A stretch of DNA of 64,000 nt from Eledone cirrhosa. Its lineage: Eukaryota. The translations under genes and the position numbers were made by a program. The notes below the pieces were generated by a model. The model did not search any database. It worked only from the letters and a program-made list of their open reading frames with translations, and was not told the DNA's origin. This document shows, one piece after another, positions 29,396 through 43,544 of the stretch; position 1 is the first letter of the stretch; every line of letters begins with the position of its first letter. Location of the stretch: contig OZ024742.1 in the NCBI GenBank assembly GCA_964016885.1, forward strand, positions 199,578,001 through 199,642,000. Reading direction: 5' to 3'.

Positions 29396-29735
29396 TCAAG
29401 AAGAATGAACACAAAACTGATGTGTTGGGGTTTGGCTTTGATTATTTAAATTCTGTGTGAGTTTCTTTTTTTTGCTTACTTTTTGCAGCCATATGTATAA
29501 AATGTGCTTCTCTTTTTCCCTCACCTGCCCTTCCCTTCCCCTTAAATCCCGCCACCCACTGTTGTTGTATGTTGTTGTATGTTATTCTATACTGTTATCC
29601 TTCCCTCACTTTGATTTTCACATAAAAAAGTATATATTAAAAAAAAAATTAGTTTTTCATCACGGGTCGTCTGATGTAGAACAAATCAAGATGTGATTAA
29701 CAAACAGAAACTGTGCAGGCTGTGTGGTATATACA

Positions 29736-29854
<119 letters not shown>

Positions 29855-30096
29855 GTATATACATACATACATACATACGTATGTACATATATATTTAATA
29901 CGTAGATGTATGTGTGTGTTGGGATTATACCCTATATCTATATTCACTCTGAACTCAAACATGTATCGAGTATTAGCCTGATGTGCGGTGTTTATGATAT
30001 ATATATATATATATATACAGGGTGTCCCTAAAAATGTATACTCACTTTTTAGAATGCTGTTGAAGTGTGAAATGTTTGTATATTTTTTGGGACCCA

Positions 30097-30128
<32 letters not shown>

Positions 30129-30182
30129 CACCCACACACACATGTATATATATATATAAATCAAAGTTTGATACAAAAATGT

Positions 30183-30330
30183 CTTCTACAGTACTAGAAC
30201 TGTTTCCTTCGTATGAAATTATCAGGTGCATTCCTGATGATTTCATACGAATAACACAACTCTAGTCCCGTAGAAGCCATTTCTATATTAAACTTTGAAG
30301 TTTTCACTCTACTAATGTATTGAGTACATT
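30183..30330. mobile_element. Foldback insert made of two inverted degenerate hammerhead copies (same family as 53233)
   Basis: Plus arm CTGATGATTTCATACGAAT.. and minus arm CTGATAATTTCATACGAAGGAAACAGTTCTAG. The inverted repeat spans 30183-30276. Confidence 0.65.
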
Positions 30331-30525
30331 ATTTGAGGTTAACTTTGCCTTTCATCCTCAAGGGGTCGATAAAATAAAGTACCAGTCATGCACTGGGGTC
30401 GATTTAATCGACTTTCCCCTCCCCCAAATTACTGGCCTTGTGCTTATATAAGAAACCATTATTTACTGAGGTTACCCCCGATTTAACTCGGAATATACAC
30501 ACACACATACACACACACGCACACG

Positions 30526-30660
<135 letters not shown>

Positions 30661-32463
30661 TCAAATTACATCTGTGGATAGCGTGCTGCAAGACGGTGAA
30701 TTCGCAGAGTTGTTCGAGTGACAACATTTCTTGCAATATTTTCTCATCTCTCTGTGCTTTGGATTCGAACAGAACCGAGGTCAATTTTGCTTTTCATAGT
30801 TTCAGGTTTGATAAAGTCCAGTGCAGTGGGTTGTTAGAGCGTCAGATGAAATGCTTTGCAGCATTTGTTCTTACTCTTTGTGTTCTGACCTCAAATTATC
30901 CACCTTACTGGAGCTCCATCGATAGAAAACTCTTTGTGAAGTGCTGGCAGTGAGTCTAATATATAAAAGAAATAGACTGCCTATGAAATTCCAGGTAAAT
31001 CACAAAACTAATATGGTATGAGTGCACAATTATCCTATACATCAGGTGCTTGTGGCAGGATTTTCACACATACACACACGCGCACACACATATTCGAAAT
31101 GAGTTATCCCACTATCATTACTCAGTGATTCGCGCTTCACATTTTCACCGAGATATAATATACAGAACACTAGAAAATTCAAGGTATTAAGGTGTAATCC
31201 TCCATTAATAGAGATACAATTTCCCCATAAAACAAGCATGCATGAAAATCTCCAGCAGGAGATGGATTAAAGTCAATTATACTACTACGGGGAATTTCAC
31301 TGCATCTTTAGCTAAGACCAACAGTAAAAAGAAAATTACAACCTCAATAATTGCTATTAACATGACAAAATGTAATTACCCTAACCCAATAACATATCCT
31401 TTAACAGTTTAACTATTTCCATCGTATATAGCGTAAAGTTGTCACAAATAATGATTCAATTGTAAAAAAATTATATAGGTTTTACAGCAACCCCTTTCAA
31501 ATACAAATATAACCAACATAATTATACCTTAATTAATCCAGCCAGAATATAGAACGAAGCTTTGACAAAAGTATTTGCAAGCGCCTACAATAAACGAAAA
31601 ATATTTTGTTAGCTTTCCTAAGCTTTTTTTCCATATTTAAGGAAAAAAATGCCACCCTGTATCTGATTATCCGCAAGCATAAATTAGATTTAATTTCGAC
31701 ACAATTAAGATTCATTTAAAACCGGACGCGTACCTCCCGGAAAAAGTAAATAGTGTCACTGCTTTCTGTAGTGCTGACATTACGAATAAGTTGTTTAAGT
31801 TATAATATTTACACACACTTAATTCTTTATACAGAGATGGCTGGCGCTACCATTGGGTCAACTAGGCAGCCGCATAGGGCACAGACGTTCAGAATAATAC
31901 ATTACGGAACCTTAAAGAAGTGCGGTTTTATACAAATCCACATAATTAAATTTAATATATAATTTCCGGCGATCAATAGATAATTCCCTAAATAGCTTTG
32001 CCGCATAGCAGCATTATAAACATATCCAAAGCGGTGGAGTGGGTCATATGTTATGACCTGGAACATGTTTGGGCATGGGGGAGTATAGATTGCGAAATAG
32101 AAAATGCAAACTTAGTAATTTTCTTAATGTAGACAGAGCAAGAAGTGTCAAAACCTAGTGCCAAACTGTACGTTGAAATTATTTTATTTAGGAGAATATG
32201 GCGAACAAAGTAAGGTAAGCCTAAGGTGATAATTACTTTAGGGATGGATGAATAAAGTATCAGTAAAAAAAACGGTTGATTGGCGGGATTCTTGAAAAGT
32301 CAACCGGGATTCCTTGAGGTATTTGATGCGATGTCTGTTTTCTGATCTCAAATTCCACCTACTTCTGCCAGGAGTTGCGATAAACAGATAGCATTAGTGA
32401 GGTAAAGAACATATTTGTTAGCTTTCCTAAGCTTTTTTTCCATATTTAAGGAAAAAATGCCTA

Positions 32464-32900
32464 ATATGAAAAGAGCCAGGTCCCGGGCGGCTGAGCTCCG
32501 GCTAGCTAAATCCGAACTAGCTGTCAAAACGGCGGGAACTCAGCCGTCGGGGTCCTGACTCTTTTCATATATATATATACATGGGTACACACACACACAC
32601 ACATGTGTGTGTGTATGTGTGTGTCTGTGCCTGTGTGTGTGTGTGTGCGTCTGTGTGTGCGCGCGTAAAGGTTTCCTTGCTCATATTTGACTATCAGCTC
32701 CTTTCATTTTATATATGATATACTTTCCTATTTTACTGCCACTTTAACAACAACTAATTTTATATCTTGATAGTCCCATGGTGGATGAAAGCACTAAAAT
32801 TTAAATCATATACAATATATATTTGGTGAACAATATTTTATTACTTCTGACAATTATACCTTTACGCGCGCACACACAGACGCACACACACACACACACA

Positions 32901-32999
<99 letters not shown>

Positions 33000-33250
33000 A
33001 CAGACACACACAGACACACACACACACACATATGTGCGTGTGTGTGCGTACCCATGTATATATATATATATGAAAAAAGTCAGGACCCCGACGGTTGAGT
33101 TCCAGCCGTTTTGACAGCTAGTTCGGATCTAGCTAGCCGGAGCTCAGCCCCCCGGGCCCTGGCTCTTTTCATATTACCCACTCTACTACCCTAAGTATTG
33201 AGTACTCTGGTGCCTTATGGTCCACCAGGTATCTTACCACACCCTCTTTG

Positions 33251-33252
<2 letters not shown>
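32464..33252. mobile_element. Foldback insert, family C (arms include CA/TG microsatellite), with tail
   Basis: 32464-32672 is inverted at 32858-33174. The tail tacccactctactaccctaag... is shared with 26057-26220 and 55345-55450. Confidence 0.8.
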
Positions 33253-33291
<39 letters not shown>

Positions 33292-33469
33292 GTAGGAGGT
33301 GAGTTTTTTTTCCTCCGTTATTTTCTCCCTCTCTTTCATTTCTTTTTCCTTTTCTCTCTTCCTTCTTTTTTCCAATCTTCTTTCTCCTTATATATTTTTT
33401 TGTCATATGGTGACTGGACACTTTCTTGTTCACAGGTGTGTTTTAGGGGCATCATATCATGTTTCCTTA

Positions 33470-33536
33470 TTTTATCTGATGAAAACGCAATTGTCGTCCG
33501 AGGATGATATTTGTTTTTGAAATGCGCATAATAAAA
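33470..33536 (+). ncRNA. Type I hammerhead ribozyme motif
   Basis: TTTTAT-CTGATGA-AAACGCAATTGTCGTCC-GA-GGATGATATTTGTTTTT-GAAA-TGCGCA-TA-ATAAAA. Stem III is the palindrome ATGCGCAT. Confidence 0.8.
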
Positions 33537-33561
33537 TATATGGAACCTTTTTAACCATCAT

Positions 33562-33687
<126 letters not shown>

Positions 33688-33810
33688 GGTAAATATTGAT
33701 GTAATTCAATTCAAGCACTCAACGTACTTTTTCCACATAGGAGTGACGGAGTAAATATCGAATAAGGAAAAGCGAAGTACTTTCAGATATTCAAGTCCTT
33801 TAATAATAAT

Positions 33811-33884
33811 GCTGTGATATATATTTCAATGGCGGCACTGGCCACACTGTTCTGTGTGCGAGTGTCGTGACATCATCAGACAGC
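33811..33884 (-). ncRNA. Type I hammerhead motif, repeat copy 1
   Basis: Reverse complement GCTGT-CTGATGA-[stem II]-GAAA-TATATA-TC-ACAGC. Confidence 0.72.
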
Positions 33885-35086
33885 TTGTTACATAATAAGG
33901 TTATGTTTTTGAGGCAATCCAAATTGAATCGACATGGGAACGGATGAAATGCGTGCTTTTGGGTCTCTCACCTGTTCCCCTGTGAGTACCAATTCACCCC
34001 CACCGGTCTGCGCATGCGCATGTCCGAAGGACGTTGACCATTAGCTACCGCAGATTTCAAGGAAATTCGCTTAGTCAGGTCACCCTCTCAGCCACACAAT
34101 GGCTCGTACTACAGTTTACTGCTACCCATCCCGACTGTGGCAGTCAGCCGAAAGCCAGAGGGGATGGGATAGTGTTAGTTCCTACAGGTCATAATACTAC
34201 CTCTCACCTAACGTGGACAGTACGACTGACCGTCAACTCAAAGGGAAAATAAACTTAATTCTAGGTATCATGGTTTTACATTGTAAGTTAAGAGTGAGAG
34301 TTGGAAATAAAAATTGAAGTCCTAAATCAAATATAAATTATAAATTAAACAATTAAAAAATTACCAATTAGAAATTAAAAGTTAAAAAATTTTTTTCAAG
34401 TGAGAATTCGGATTGAGGTGAGTAAAAAAATATAGATTGAAGTGAGTAAATAATATGGAGATAGATGTTTAAGAAGTTCTGATAGGGGTTCTAGTGTCAC
34501 AGTTACTCTATCCACATGTTGAACGACAGTGCCGTACATTAGAACGGAGGGTAAGCTACAGTATTCAAGGCATTGGTCAATCTGGTACACAGTCATAATT
34601 TCAATCACATGGAACAATATCAAAGAAAAACAGACATAAAAGAAAAGAACCAATAATGAATAAATGCAAAAACAGAGTACATATATGCAAAATGATCCAT
34701 ATGATTGTCAATCTGTCAATGTATAGATTGAATTGAGGGGGCTTCTGTTCAAATGCGATTTGGTGCAGGGAAATAGGGGTTTATCTTATTTTTGTTTCCG
34801 CGTATTTATCCTGTCGAAAGTTACTATTATGTCCGTCCAGTGTCAGGGGTTTCCATCCCCATGGTAGAGGGAATTTCCAGGGGTAGCTCATGGTTGGTTC
34901 CTCTCTTCTCCACCATATCGGTTACATCATAGAGCGCTCAACTAATTGGAGCTAAATTATTAGGGTAAATATTGATGCAATTCAATTCAAGCACTCAACG
35001 TACTTATTCCACATAGGAGTGACGGAGTAAATATCGAATAAGGAAAAGCGAAGTACTTTCAGATGTTCAAGTCCTTTAATAATAAT

Positions 35087-35160
35087 GCTGTGATATATAT
35101 TTCAATGGCGACACTGGCCACACTGTTCTGTGTGCGAGTGTCGTGACATCATCAGACAGC
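35087..35160 (-). ncRNA. Type I hammerhead motif, repeat copy 2
   Basis: Same motif as 33811. Stem II includes CGACACT/AGTGTCG. Confidence 0.75.
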
Positions 35161-35999
35161 TTGTTACATAATAAGGTTATGTTTCCGAGGCAATCCAAAT
35201 TGAATCGACATGGGAACGGATGAAATGCGTGCTTTTGGGTCTCTCACCCGTTCCCCTGTGAGTACCAATTCACCCCCACCGGTCTGCGCATGCGCATGTC
35301 CGAAGGAAGTTGACCATTAGCTACCGCAGATTTCAAGGAAATTCGTTTAGTCAGGTCACCCTCTCAGCCACACAATGGCTCGTACTACAGTTTACTGCTA
35401 CCCATCCCGACTGTGGCAGTCAGCGGAAAGCCAGAGGGGATGGGATAGTGTTATATATATATATATGTATATATAAGGTATAGCGAACTCCATCGAAAAC
35501 TGGATTAATCCCTTTTATTTTACCCGGAAAAAGAGATTATAATCTCGAAATATCAGGTCATATATATAAAAGTAAAACACATAACAACTTGTTTAACTCT
35601 TTATTCGTCCATTTCGCATTGGATTTCAAACTTCAAATTATATATATATATATATATATATATAAGTATGTATACGTACACACATATGTGTGAACTGACG
35701 CACAGTAGTATGTATATATATACATACATGCACACATACATATATGTACGTTTGGCTTAATTCGGGCTGTTTGTTTACAAACAAACAGAACATTTATTAT
35801 AATGTTCGGTAAAGCCATACATACATATATGCATGTGTGCATGTATGTATATATATACATACTACTGTGCGTCTGTACACATATATGTGTGTACGTATAT
35901 ATACTTACATTTAAGTATCAGCCGTACTAAAAGTGAGAAATGAAATTTCATTTCATTCTTTTCCATATATATATATACACACACACACGCACGAGACAA

Positions 36000-36112
<113 letters not shown>

Positions 36113-36615
36113 GACTTAGGGACTAAGGCGCCTGTGAGTAATCGAACAAATGGACTTGTGTAGACTTCTAGCTACAAGCTTAACATCTAAAAGGAGGGAT
36201 TGTTGGCCAGTGACTCGTTAGCGTAGTGGTTAACGCACTCACTCGGTATCCAAGAGGTACTCCTTAATTTCTTTGCTTTTTTGCAGTCGCTAAGTGTAAG
36301 TTACCCCATTTTTTCAACTGTTATTTATGGGGATCGTACGTAGGTGCTGTTTTAAATAAACATGTTTTAACGGTTTGGTCTCCTTTATATACTTCTTCAC
36401 GTGTATCCACTCTGCTTATATTCTCGCCCGCTAGATATTAACACTTCCAATATTTAACACTGCAGGCACAAGTATTGAGCACATTTTCATATGCTATTGG
36501 CAAATAACTACATGTATCGCCTATCTCTTCTTCTCTCTCTTGATACTTAAATACTCTATATATATACATATATATATAAAATAAACTAAAATAAATAAAT
36601 TTGGCTTCGTTTATT

Positions 36616-36670
36616 ACTGCTATATATATTTCGGTGACAGCCATATTTGGCTGTGACCTCTTCAGGCAGT
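36616..36670 (-). ncRNA. Type I hammerhead motif in inverted PLE arm
   Basis: Reverse complement ACTGC-CTGAAGA-GGTCACAGCCA-AATA-TGGCTGTCACC-GAAA-TATATA-TA-GCAGT. The partner at 38805-38859 (+) has GAAA changed to GGAA. Confidence 0.85.
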
Positions 36671-36807
36671 CCGAATTGGTGTGGTAGAGACGAGTACACA
36701 TGTTGTTGAGGTGTTTAACTTTGTCAATACTCTGATATGCCCAGTTCCTGGTTGGGTTGTTATTTCACTGAGGAACTGGAATCATATGAATTTAAACAAA
36801 CGAATCA

Positions 36808-37208
36808 TGCCCCCTTAGTAATGAATGCCTTAGGAAGAACCTAATATACGGATGTAGAGTAAAAACCCCCAACTTCGAACACCTCTACATAGGAGCCACA
36901 TCAACGAGCTTTAAAGACCTTGGTATAACCATCGCCATTCCTTAAATAAGGAGCTCAAAAGGAAAAGTACGGCTCTTTCCGACCTGATCTGGAAGCTTAA
37001 GCTGGACAGGACCCCGTACTCTCTGGCCTGGTCCATAATCAGGAAAGTACCACCCGATAAAGGGGGATCTGGCATATGCAAACTATGTCTGAGCGAGACC
37101 CTCGAGATACTAAGAGGTGGAAGCCGCCTGATAAACCTCATAACCGACTTCTTCGGGACATGTAGACACCTCAGGGCCGGGACCTTCCTCAAGCTATATG
37201 GACAGTAA
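36808..37208 (+). pseudogene. Frameshifted PLE GIY-YIG endonuclease
   Basis: Translated by hand: CPLSNECLRKNLIYGCRV...LYIGATSTSFK/WYNHRHSL...TALSDLIWKLK...WSII...CKLCLSETLEIL...LIN...CRH, with one frameshift near 36919. Confidence 0.85.
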
Positions 37209-39007
37209 CAACACACTGAGATGTGAACTCCCCCCAAGCTATAGGGACTACTCCAGAACATGTAGACACCTCTGGGCCGGACCTCCCTCAAGCTATATGG
37301 ACAGTAACAATACCATAGGTTGGGAACTCCCCTCAAGCCATAGGGACCCATCCAGGCTGAGCAGACACCATGATAGCCTAGAGATTGATTCTGACACACC
37401 CTTTCTAATTTGGCCATCTTTCTAACTTTGAGATTGGTTATAACACACACACATTTTATTTGAATCTTCATTTTTTTTATTTTTCATTTATTTTCTATTT
37501 TCTTCATTTTATTGCCTTTTATTTCTTCATATGCCTGGCACAACCCCACAACCCCCCACGAGAAATGGTGGCAGGATGGATGCCAACACACACACACAGA
37601 TCCTTCTAAAATCAGCAGCAGTAAGACCTTGGCTGACCGCAGCACCAACACCACTACCAAAATAAGGGTAGAGGTCAGATGTACTTAACAATAACAAAAA
37701 CAAACACTACAGATATCCTCACCCCAGAAAGAATTTCTATATACTTTTGACTGAGGAATGCTCTCACAACTGACCAATGGGAGGAGTGGATCTTACAAAT
37801 CTTTCTAATTTTGAGATTGGTTATAACACACACACATTTTATTTGATTATCTTATTTTATTCTTTTACCATCTTATTCCTTCTACCATTTTATCATTTTT
37901 TTGTTTAATTATTTGCTTATATTATCTTATTTTCATTTTCTATTTTCTTCATTTTATTGCCTTTTATTTCTTCATATGCCTGGCACAACCCCACAACCCC
38001 CCACGAGAAATGGTGGCAGGATGGATGCCAACACACACACACAGATCCTTCTAAAATCAGCAGCAGCAAGACCTTGGCTGACCGCAGCACCAACACCACT
38101 ACCAAAATAAGGGTAGAGGTCAGATGTACTTAACAATAACAAAAACAAACACTACAGATAGCCTCACCCCAGAAAGAATTTCTATATACTTTTGACTGAG
38201 GAATGCTCTCACAACTGACCAATGGGAGGAGTGGATCTTACAAATCTTTCTAATTTTGAGATTGGTTATAACACACACACATTTTATTTGATTATCTTAT
38301 TTTATTCTTTTACCATCTTATTCCTTCTACCATTTTATCATTTTTTTGTTTAATTATTTGCTTATATTATCTTATTTTCATTTTCTATTTTCTTCATTTT
38401 ATTGCCTTTTATTTCTTCATATGCCTGGCACAACCCCACAACCCCCACGAGAAATGGTGGCAGGATAGATGCCAACACACATACACAGATCCATCTAAAA
38501 TCAGCAGCAGCTGGAATTAAACTGACTCCAACACCACTACCAACATAAGAGTAGAGGTCAGATGTACTTAACAATAACAAGAACAACCACTACAGATTGC
38601 CTCGACTTTTGACTGAGGAATGTTCTCACAACTGACCAATGGGAGGAGAGGATGTCCTTTGACGCTGTAATTCGTTTGTTTAAATTCATATGATTCCAGT
38701 TCCTCAGTGAAATAACATCCCAACCAGGAACTGGGCATATCAGAGTATTGACAAAGTTAAACACCTCAACAACATGTGTACTCGTCTCTACCACACTAAT
38801 TCGGACTGCCTGAAGAGGTCACAGCCAAAGACAGCTGTCACCGGAATAAATATAGCAGTAATAAACGAAGCCAAATTTTTAATATTTGACTTATTTATTT
38901 TAGTTTATTTTACATTACTCCGGAGTAACCAAACCAACCTGCGCACTTCGTCGAGTGCTCCAATCTGCATTCTAAGGTGTTGGTATACAACCAACATATA
39001 CTCAAAA

Positions 39008-39034
<27 letters not shown>

Positions 39035-39043
<9 letters not shown>

Positions 39044-39240
39044 GTCCTTCATCAGTGATCTTCCAACTTTCATTGGTATTTCATCGCTTTAAAAATCACA
39101 TACCTCTAGTTGGCGCGAGCAATAACTAGAGGTATATGATTTTTAAAGCGATGAAATACCAATGAAAGTTAGAAGATCACTGATGAAGGACTAATTTTAT
39201 TCATATGTAACCCATGTGCAACCACGCAGCGCTCCATTTT

Positions 39241-39244
<4 letters not shown>
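39035..39244. mobile_element. Foldback mini-insert, family B (about 77-bp arms plus tail)
   Basis: 39035-39111 is inverted at 39124-39200. Each arm carries CTGATGA with no downstream GAAA. Confidence 0.85.
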
Positions 39245-39316
<72 letters not shown>

Positions 39317-39734
39317 ATATATAATTGTTTCTACTTTTGGCACACGGCCATCAGTTATCTCAGTGTATTACTGGTACTTTATTTTATTGAGCCCGCAAGG
39401 ATGAAAGGCAAAGTTAACCTCGGCGGGATTTGAACTCAGACCATAAAGGGCCGTAACTCTTTGCTGCAAAGCATGGCGTCCGACCCTCTACCGATATTGC
39501 CAATCCACCATCACCGAGAAAGTTGAACGAAAGTTACACGTGTTGATATATCTGGATAAACGACATGCATTCGTTGTCTTAGAGTGGCAACTATTAATTT
39601 GATTTTAAAAGGGTTTTGTACAAAATGGCAGAGCCTACTTGTTGACGTCGGACAGGGACTAACAAAAACAAATACCCAATAAAAGAATATATATATATAT
39701 AATATTGTATATAGTGTTAAATCCATGTTCATTA

Positions 39735-39971
39735 TATGCTTTCTTTCTTTCTTTCTTTCTTTCTCTCTTGTTTTCTTTCTTATTTTCTTTCTTATTTTCC
39801 TTCTTGTTTTCTTTCTTTCTTGTTTTCTTTCTTTCCTCCTTCCTTCCTTTCTTATTTTCTTCCTTCTTTCCTTCTTTCCTTCTTTCCTTCTTTCTTTCTT
39901 TCTTTCTTTCTTTTTTCTTTCCTTCTTTCTTTCTTTCTATCTTTCTTTCTTTCCTTCTTTCTTTCCTTCTA

Positions 39972-40040
<69 letters not shown>

Positions 40041-40042
40041 TC
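39735..40042. repeat. (CTTT)n array
   Basis: Visible directly in the sequence. Confidence 0.95.
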
Positions 40043-40267
40043 GTTTATTCTCTCTTCTGGTGAAGTCAGCGTTTTGCCAGTTCTTCGAGACTATAATAGG
40101 CTAAAGTCTAACATAGCTGTGGTAAAATTTTGGTAATTGAATCTTGTTCCCGCCCCCAACCCCCGAGCCCTTCTTATGGCGACATCTTTTGGATTCAGGT
40201 CAGTTCTTCCAAAATGAAGAGAAAAACAAAAACAAAAACCTAAACCTAAAATACCCCTCGAATAATA

Positions 40268-40346
<79 letters not shown>

Positions 40347-40427
40347 TATGTTTCTATATATATATGAGTATGTGTATGTATAAAAAATATATATATGTAT
40401 GTTTATATATAAATGTGTGTATGTATG

Positions 40428-40458
<31 letters not shown>

Positions 40459-40528
40459 GTTTCTATATATATATATATATGTGTGCATATATATATATAT
40501 ATATGTTTATGTATGTTTATATATATAT

Positions 40529-40563
<35 letters not shown>

Positions 40564-40925
40564 CAGTATATATATATATGTATATATAAATATATATGTG
40601 TGTGTATATATATATATATATATACTTATTTTTATATATACATACATACACACGCACACACACACACATATATATATGTGTGTATGTATGTATGGGTTAT
40701 ATATATACCTACACACACACTCATATATATATTTAAACATTATATTCATGACTTTTCGCTAGGACGACCGAGCTGGGTGGAAGGGGATGAAGGGGATAGG
40801 AGGGTGAAGGAGTGAGAGAGAAAGAAAGTGAGGAAGTGAGGGAGAGACGTGAGAGGCGTGGGGACGGAGTGTATTCTACTTGAGTACATCTCACCCATTC
40901 TTTTCTTTACATTTGAGTAGTGTTT

Positions 40926-40960
<35 letters not shown>

Positions 40961-41210
40961 TGTACATATATATATATGTATACATATATATGTACACATA
41001 CACTCACCCCCCCCCCCCCCCCACACATATATATATTTATATACATATATACATAATAGATACCATCGAAATATATATAACAGTAAAAAAGAAACCAATA
41101 AAATGATGTAAACCCAAATTAAGTGACTTCTTCACAATATATATACTCCTAATTACTGAACTTTCCTCACAACTTGTTCTACCAAGCTTTGGAATACTCC
41201 TAACTACTGA

Positions 41211-41246
<36 letters not shown>

Positions 41247-41277
41247 ATATATATATACAGAGAGAGAGAGAGAGAGA

Positions 41278-41985
41278 TGAATAAAAATAGACCGAGAAAC
41301 AGGAAAAGTCCGTCATCAGTAGTCTGCTGATTCTCATTGGTATTTCTTCGCATTAAAGACTAGATACCTAAAATCAGTGCGAGTGATAACTAAATTAAGT
41401 TATCGGGACAGAGGAAAGTGATCAAACAACATGGTAGTAACGCAACGTAAAGAGACTAAAATAGAGACAAGTCCAGTGAATCTTGTGGGCTTAAGTTCCG
41501 ACAATCAAATCACGAGAAGAAAACAGACACATTCGAGCCACGAAAAAAGTGAGAGGAAAGAATTAACGCAGGTCAGACGGGAGGAAGTGAGAGAGGAGGA
41601 GTAGCAGAGAGTGAGTGAGTGAAAGTGTGAGGAAAGGGCCAGATGAGAGGTGTGTGACCAGCAGCGGGGATGGAGGAAAGCAAGAGGTAAGGGGGAGAGA
41701 GAGAAAGAGGAAAGCAGTAAGTAAGGTAAGAGAAAAAATACGAACCACAGCGAAGGGAAATGTGAATGAAAAAATGGCGTGCTGCGTTGTTGCGAATCTT
41801 TCCTCTGTCCCGATAACTTAATTTAGTTATCGCTCGCACTGATTTTAGGTGATAATAGTCTTTAATACGAAGAAATACCAATGAGAATCAGCAGACTACT
41901 GATGACGGACTTTTCCTGTTTCTCGGTCCTATTTTTTATTCATATCTTCATATTCGCAAAAACGCAGCACGACATTTTTCATTCA
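41278..41985. mobile_element. Foldback insert, family B (about 140-bp arms)
   Basis: 41278-41419 is inverted at 41798-41942. The tail (41950-41985) is also present inverted at 41761-41797. The interior is homologous to 22570-22890. Confidence 0.85.
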
Positions 41986-42428
41986 TATATATATATATAT
42001 TTTTTTTTTCTATTTTTTTTCTTATTTATTTATTTAGTTATTCCTGTTTCCTAACCACTGTCATATTTGTGTGTACATTTTTGAGTGCATATATATATCT
42101 GTGTATATGTATGTGTATGTATTTATGTACCCGTCCGTTTTTCTATGTAGACGCAAATACGCTAATGTGGGAAAGTATCGTTTACATACTTTTTAGTATA
42201 TGCGCGTAGTTGAGTGTATGTATGTTTACGCTCTGGATATTTATATTTTACAGATATTATTTTATATATATATTTTTTATATATATATTTTTATATATAT
42301 ATTTTTATATATATATTTTTTTTATTTTTTTTCCCTTTTTCCTTTCGCCCGTTTTTTTCAGCCTCACTATCATATTACCTAAATTTTGTTTTCAAATCCA
42401 TATTTAATAAATACACCATGTTTCCTTA

Positions 42429-42489
42429 TTCATTCTGACGACTGAAGACAGACACTACATCTGTCTTCAAGAAACCACTGGTAAATGAA
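42429..42489 (+). ncRNA. Type I hammerhead ribozyme motif
   Basis: TTCATT-CTGACGA-C-TGAAGACAGA-CACTACA-TCTGTCTTCA-A-GAAA-CCACTGG-TA-AATGAA. 10-bp stem II and a GUA triplet. Confidence 0.82.
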
Positions 42490-42565
42490 ATAATTATCTT
42501 ATGTTGTTTATTACATAATAAATAAATAAATAAAATAAATATAAATATATATATATATACTATAA

Positions 42566-42639
<74 letters not shown>

Positions 42640-42783
42640 ATATATATGTATATATATATATATATATGTATATATATACATATATATAGATATATATATA
42701 TAAGAGAGAGAGAGAGGCAGAGACAGAGAGTAGAGTTATATATACATCTACATGTATATATATAAAAATACATATATTTTATA

Positions 42784-42854
<71 letters not shown>

Positions 42855-42928
42855 CAATATATGTATATTTATATACATGTATACGTATATATATATACAT
42901 GTACATGCGTATATATACATGTACATAC

Positions 42929-42987
<59 letters not shown>

Positions 42988-43092
42988 CATGTATATATAT
43001 ATATATACATGTACATGTATAAATATATATATATATATACTTATACATGTACATATTTATATATATATATATAAACATACATATATTGTAGA

Positions 43093-43177
<85 letters not shown>

Positions 43178-43544
43178 TGTATCTAATTTCATTTTATTGT
43201 TTCTTCGTTTTGGGTTACGTTTATTTGCCGAGAACAGACTATACTGCGAGAACTATTACGTAGTTACTTGACAGGCTAGAAATAACAACCAAATGTACTC
43301 CCAAATCCCCCCCCCCCCCCTAATCGTCTTAAAAATAGTAGAGGAACGTGATCCCCAAAATTGATGGGATATTTACATGGAATCAATCAGTATTGACATG
43401 GGGCTAAAACAACAACGATAAGAACAGCAATGTATCCCCATCGCCAGGGTATTGAATTCTCCACTCCAACATCTTTCTCTAGAAAGATATCCGCTCTGAT
43501 GCTGGTTGTTGTTGCTTAGCGATACACGTACCCTAATACATCGG

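Larger units (their letters stand above)
36560..38905 (+). mobile_element. 5'-truncated PLE (GIY-YIG remnant, tandemly duplicated 3' UTR, inverted pseudo-LTR)
   Basis: About 36597-36805 is the inverse of about 38670-38878. The 3' UTR has ~420-bp tandem units (37400-38650). Hammerheads occur in both arms. Confidence 0.85.

Noticed and set aside
36205-36260. tRNA gene (box A-like tagcgtagtggttaacgc)
   Set aside because: No T-arm/box B or complete cloverleaf. Likely a truncated SINE head.
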